56,884 nucleotides of DNA from an uncultured bacterium. Lineage in GTDB: Bacteria; Hinthialibacterota; Hinthialibacteria; Hinthialibacterales; Hinthialibacteraceae. Below are positions 53,998-56,884 of this stretch, one piece after another. The stretch spans positions 65,189 to 122,072 of the forward strand of contig CAYQOX010000007.1 of NCBI GenBank assembly GCA_964419335.1, given 5' to 3'. Numbering within the stretch: the first letter of the stretch is position 1; each line of letters opens with the position of its first letter. A model generated the notes under the pieces. It saw nothing but the letters and a program-made list of their open reading frames with translations. It had not been told where the DNA came from and searched no databases. The position numbers were made by a program, and so were the translations under genes.

Positions 53998-54822
53998 ATG
54001 AACATGTATAATAATCAGATAGAACGTTTTATTCAAGAAATAAAAACCGAATGCGGGATTCCAGAGTTAAAAATTGCATCGAAAGATGTGGAACGCTTCA
54101 TTCATGCCTGCGGTAATGACATTGAACGTTTACGCCGTTACATCAAAAGGCGAATAAACGGAGAACCTTTGGAATATATTTTAGGATACGAGGAATTTCG
54201 AGGGAATTATTTCTATGTAGACCGTCGGGCGTATATCACGGATCCCGAAACTTCCTACCTTGTCGATGAGGTGATCGAATGTGCAAAACAGATGTATGAT
54301 GAATTGTTACGCCCAATATACGTTCTTGAATTGGGAGTAGGTTGTGGCAGCTTGGCCATATCAGTGAAGAAAGAGTTAGGAAATGTGGTTTGGGTTCAAG
54401 GTTTGGATATTGATCACGCAGCGCTTGAACTTGCCCATAAAAATTGTGAATACCACCAAGTTGAAATTCAATTAATCGAAAGCGACTTGTTACGTTCTTA
54501 CCCCCAAAACATGATTCCCGATATTTTGTTTGGCGATCCACCCTGGGGGGATAAAAACTCGATCTATGATGAAGAACGTCCTTGGGAACATTACCAAGCG
54601 ATGCCGCCCATGTCGGTTTTACCCATTGGGGGAATTACGCAAATTCATGAACAAATCCTCAAGGAGGTTCATGATCGCAAGTGGACATCGCAAATTTTTC
54701 TAAATACTGGAACTCTCTCGGAAACTCACCTTCAACGTTTGGGAAAACTTGTTTCGTCTTATAAAATTTTGAGGCCGGCCAGAGATCTTACTATCTTTTA
54801 CGTCGATGATTTGTTTAAATAA
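53998..54822 (+). CDS. HemK/PrmC-like SAM-dependent methyltransferase with DPPW motif
   Basis: ATG at 53998. GEPLEYILGYEEFRGNYFYVDRRAYITDPETSYLVDEV (HemK N-terminal region), LELGVGCGSLAIS (motif I) and GDPPWGD (motif IV, DPPW variant of NPPY). The 3' end overlaps the SET gene by 25 nt on the opposite strand. Confidence 0.65.
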   Translation: MNMYNNQIERFIQEIKTECGIPELKIASKDVERFIHACGNDIERLRRYIKRRINGEPLEYILGYEEFRGNYFYVDRRAYITDPETSYLVDEVIECAKQMYDELLRPIYVLELGVGCGSLAISVKKELGNVVWVQGLDIDHAALELAHKNCEYHQVEIQLIESDLLRSYPQNMIPDILFGDPPWGDKNSIYDEERPWEHYQAMPPMSVLPIGGITQIHEQILKEVHDRKWTSQIFLNTGTLSETHLQRLGKLVSSYKILRPARDLTIFYVDDLFK

Positions 54823-55268
54823 GGCACTATGGGAGAAAGCATTTTCCGCTTTAATCGACCTACAATCCGCAGGCGGCAATGCTTGGCATCGCAATAACAA
54901 TCGAATTCTTTGAAGAGTACGTCTTCGGTTTTCTCATAGTCGATAGTGACCAAATCGCCGGGATGTATTGGTTTAATAGCATAAAGATATTGTTCTTGCA
55001 TATTCACTTCACAATTGGGATCACAGTGGTGGAGTGTTTTTCCCATAAAAAAGGGATCATGAATATGCTGAGTTGGACTAATTTGTAGAGAATATTGAGT
55101 TGTTGTGGGATTAGGAATTCCTTGAAAAGCGAAGACAATTTCCCCTATTGAAAACGATTTTAGCGCACGAATTCCTTCTCCTCTTCGTTCATCAATCCAT
55201 TCAATCGAAAAATCTTCCATCGAGGGTTCATGTTCAAAGGGTGGAATATCATTGGGATAAAATCTCAT
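54798..55268 (-). CDS. SET-domain protein (putative protein-lysine methyltransferase)
   Basis: ATG at 55266-55268 overlapping the upstream stop by 4 nt. GEGIRALKSFSIGEIVFAF, HHCDPNCEV (NHSCDPN-like), LVTIDY (ELTxDY-like), and a CYCDAKHC post-SET Cys cluster. 156 aa. Confidence 0.7.
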   Translation of the reverse strand: MRFYPNDIPPFEHEPSMEDFSIEWIDERRGEGIRALKSFSIGEIVFAFQGIPNPTTTQYSLQISPTQHIHDPFFMGKTLHHCDPNCEVNMQEQYLYAIKPIHPGDLVTIDYEKTEDVLFKEFDCYCDAKHCRLRIVGRLKRKMLSPIVPYLNKSST

Positions 55269-55648
55269 TTTCGCAATAATACCTCATGCTCCTCATATTC
55301 GGGAGCGAAACATTCATGAACATAATCAAGGGCGGTTTGTGGATTAAAATCCTTACAACTAAAAATATCAAGATATAAATCCCGAGCTCCATCGTTGGTA
55401 TGAATTGTAATCGCGCTGGTTTCGATCAATTGCACGCCGGATATTCCAATCTCGATTCCCTGTCCAAAACGTTCTACTAAAGGTTCACCAAAAGCGATCA
55501 TATCAATTTTCTTTGTAAGGCGACGCAAAAAAGAGGCAAGGTACTCTTTGCTTAATACGTTTTCATTACATCGCTTCAATGATGCAATAAGGTGCTTCCC
55601 ATAATAATATTCGTTATCAACAACAATGCGGCGATATTCTTTCATCAT
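55265..55648 (-). CDS. S-adenosylmethionine decarboxylase-like (SpeH/class-1 small AdoMetDC proenzyme fold)
   Basis: ATG at 55646-55648. GKHLIASLKRC...SGVQLIETSAITIHTNDGARDLYLDIFSC matches the GxHL..C...SGV..ISESHLTIHT.......D.F.C pattern of SpeH proenzymes. The Ser in ETS would be the pyruvoyl precursor. 127 aa. Translationally coupled to the SET gene. Confidence 0.55.
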   Translation of the reverse strand: MMKEYRRIVVDNEYYYGKHLIASLKRCNENVLSKEYLASFLRRLTKKIDMIAFGEPLVERFGQGIEIGISGVQLIETSAITIHTNDGARDLYLDIFSCKDFNPQTALDYVHECFAPEYEEHEVLLRK

Positions 55649-55772
55649 TTTCGTTTACCACTTTTCAAAATAATTAACCAAATATTTCTGAATTTGGGTG
55701 TAAACATGTATTACAACTTGGTTTTATCAAAAAATCTTTCCAAGATCGTCTTTTTTCTTTCCTGATTCGAAT

Positions 55773-56346
55773 TTATCGATACCTTTCCGAAATATTATTG
55801 CATTGCTCCAATTGAACAAGTGATTGGTCTTTGAATAAGGGATCTCTTCTTATATTTTTTACGTATCCTCCTTTCAAATTATGACCGGTAAAAGCATGTC
55901 TCGGTTCATCCCGATATATTGACTCCGGGGCCGAAACCTGAATATTATCAACCATTATCGCAGTAACATGGGCTACCGACAAAAAAGAAGGAACCGAAGC
56001 AAACTTGGTGTCACGATCATCCTTATAAGTTCGTCTTCTACCAACCGCTTTTTTTTCGGTTGCGAATATCATCTTTCCAATCCGATCGTATAATAATATT
56101 CTGTATGGTTTAATTTTCAATGGGACTTTTCGGCATTCCTTGGATTAAGATTCTACTTCCATTATGTATCAAAATATCACGAAAGACAATATCCCGGATG
56201 GGGCCGATAGGGGAATCTTCATGACGTTTTTCAATATCCATAAAAATGGGGAATATATCCATATCGTAAGGATGCTGCTGGCACCGTTTGGAAATTGACC
56301 CAGGGCAACGTTTGGTTTTTTGAACACTTACATTAGAAAAAAACAA
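55773..56346 (-). pseudogene. Possible frameshifted remnant of a parallel beta-helix (glycoside-hydrolase/pectate-lyase-like) gene
   Basis: Two overlapping minus-strand ORFs in different frames (56110..56346 and 55773..56120). Repeated x-I-x-F-x-[DN]-I-x-I pattern (IRDIVFRDILIHNGSRILIQG; YRILLYDRIG). No intact start/RBS pairing. Low confidence. Confidence 0.25.
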
Positions 56347-56350
56347 GCGT

Positions 56351-56659
56351 ATGACGACGCAAAATGGTGGGATGCTTCATTTTATACGGAAGGTGTTTCG
56401 GATTGGCAAGTATAAAATCAGCCGATCTTTGGAAAAAGCCTGGAAATCATTGGATTGCACCGTGGAAGAAGGGATCAAAGAACTCAGTTCGATTTGTTCC
56501 GTTGAAGTTGATATGAAGAACGTAAAAATTCAATCTGTCCCCCAGCCTCGCCCTTTTGGGAAAGAGTTGTTAAAATCGATAAATCTGACTCTTCCTGACG
56601 CGGTTTCTTCGCGAGGTGTCCAAGTAGACACTAGGAAAAAACTTATACGCCACGATTAA
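56351..56659 (+). CDS. Hypothetical protein (102 aa), no recognisable motif
   Basis: Only the ORF is seen (ATG at 56351). Basic, no TM. Confidence 0.3.
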   Translation: MTTQNGGMLHFIRKVFRIGKYKISRSLEKAWKSLDCTVEEGIKELSSICSVEVDMKNVKIQSVPQPRPFGKELLKSINLTLPDAVSSRGVQVDTRKKLIRHD

Positions 56660-56884
56660 GCACCTGATATGAATAGGTTTACGCACTATAATAGTACAGG
56701 CCATTTCTGGAAGAACCGTTATAAAGAGGCTACTAAAACATGGATAACAGATAGTACGAACAATCAAAAAAAGGTAGGCCACCATCTTAACTCACCCTCT
56801 TTTTTGTCCAAATAATGGGGTACACCTCAGTACCTCATCCGACTGAAGCGGGACACCCTCCCCTTGCGACCCAATTTTGTGGAC

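Noticed and set aside
56660-56884. GC-rich non-coding tail (…GGGGTACACCTCAGTACCTC…GGGACACCCTCCCC…) considered as a possible tRNA, tmRNA or SRP RNA fragment
   Set aside because: No T-loop (GTTCRANTC), no acceptor/CCA arrangement, and none of the conserved tmRNA/4.5S motifs could be found on either strand.
1-56884. CRISPR arrays, IS elements, integrases and rRNA/tRNA genes
   Set aside because: No direct-repeat/spacer periodicity, no transposase- or integrase-like translations, and no RNA-gene signatures were seen. The duplicated flanks are protein-coding paralogs, not IS copies.

Overview
The 56.9-kb window has moderate GC content, and its genes use Shine-Dalgarno sites. An outer-membrane beta-barrel, a lipoprotein and periplasmic-type proteins imply a Gram-negative host. 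Its centre (about 5.4 to 35.1 kb, + strand) is a four-gene cis-AT PKS/NRPS assembly line. Gene A is KS, a degenerate AT and ACP. Gene B is a fully reducing module (KS-AT-DH-ER-KR-ACP) with a malonyl-type AT. Gene C has 5255 aa: KS-AT-ACP, an integrated class-III aminotransferase that would make a beta-amino acid, then C-A-PCP, C-A-PCP, C-A-PCP-E. Gene D is C-A-PCP plus a terminal E-like domain. Hand-derived A-domain specificity codes suggest Thr, an unassigned residue (DVRHIALLAK), Phe (epimerised) and Tyr. No thioesterase, MbtH protein, fatty-acyl-AMP ligase or loading domain is visible. Immediately downstream lie a beta-lactamase-fold serine hydrolase with an SxxK motif (a candidate trans-acting release enzyme or cyclase) and an AsnB-type amidotransferase. 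The megasynthase is bracketed on both sides by paralogous copies of a SyrD-like cyclic-peptide ABC exporter, an SPFH/band-7 protein and a DUF697 protein. An Sfp-type phosphopantetheinyl transferase and a ParA-like ATPase lie on the left flank. To the right are a secreted lipoprotein and a four-gene signalling operon. That operon encodes a polytopic transporter fused to HEAT repeats and a cNMP-binding domain, two HAMP membrane sensors with degenerate PP2C-like C-termini, and a small degenerate cNMP-like protein. Further right are an outer-membrane beta-barrel, a HemK-like DPPW methyltransferase, a SET-domain protein translationally coupled to an AdoMet-decarboxylase-like protein, and a probable frameshifted pseudogene. 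I found no rRNA, tRNA, CRISPR or transposase. All domain calls come from motif reading of the supplied translations and were not database-verified; the taxon cannot be assigned from sequence alone.
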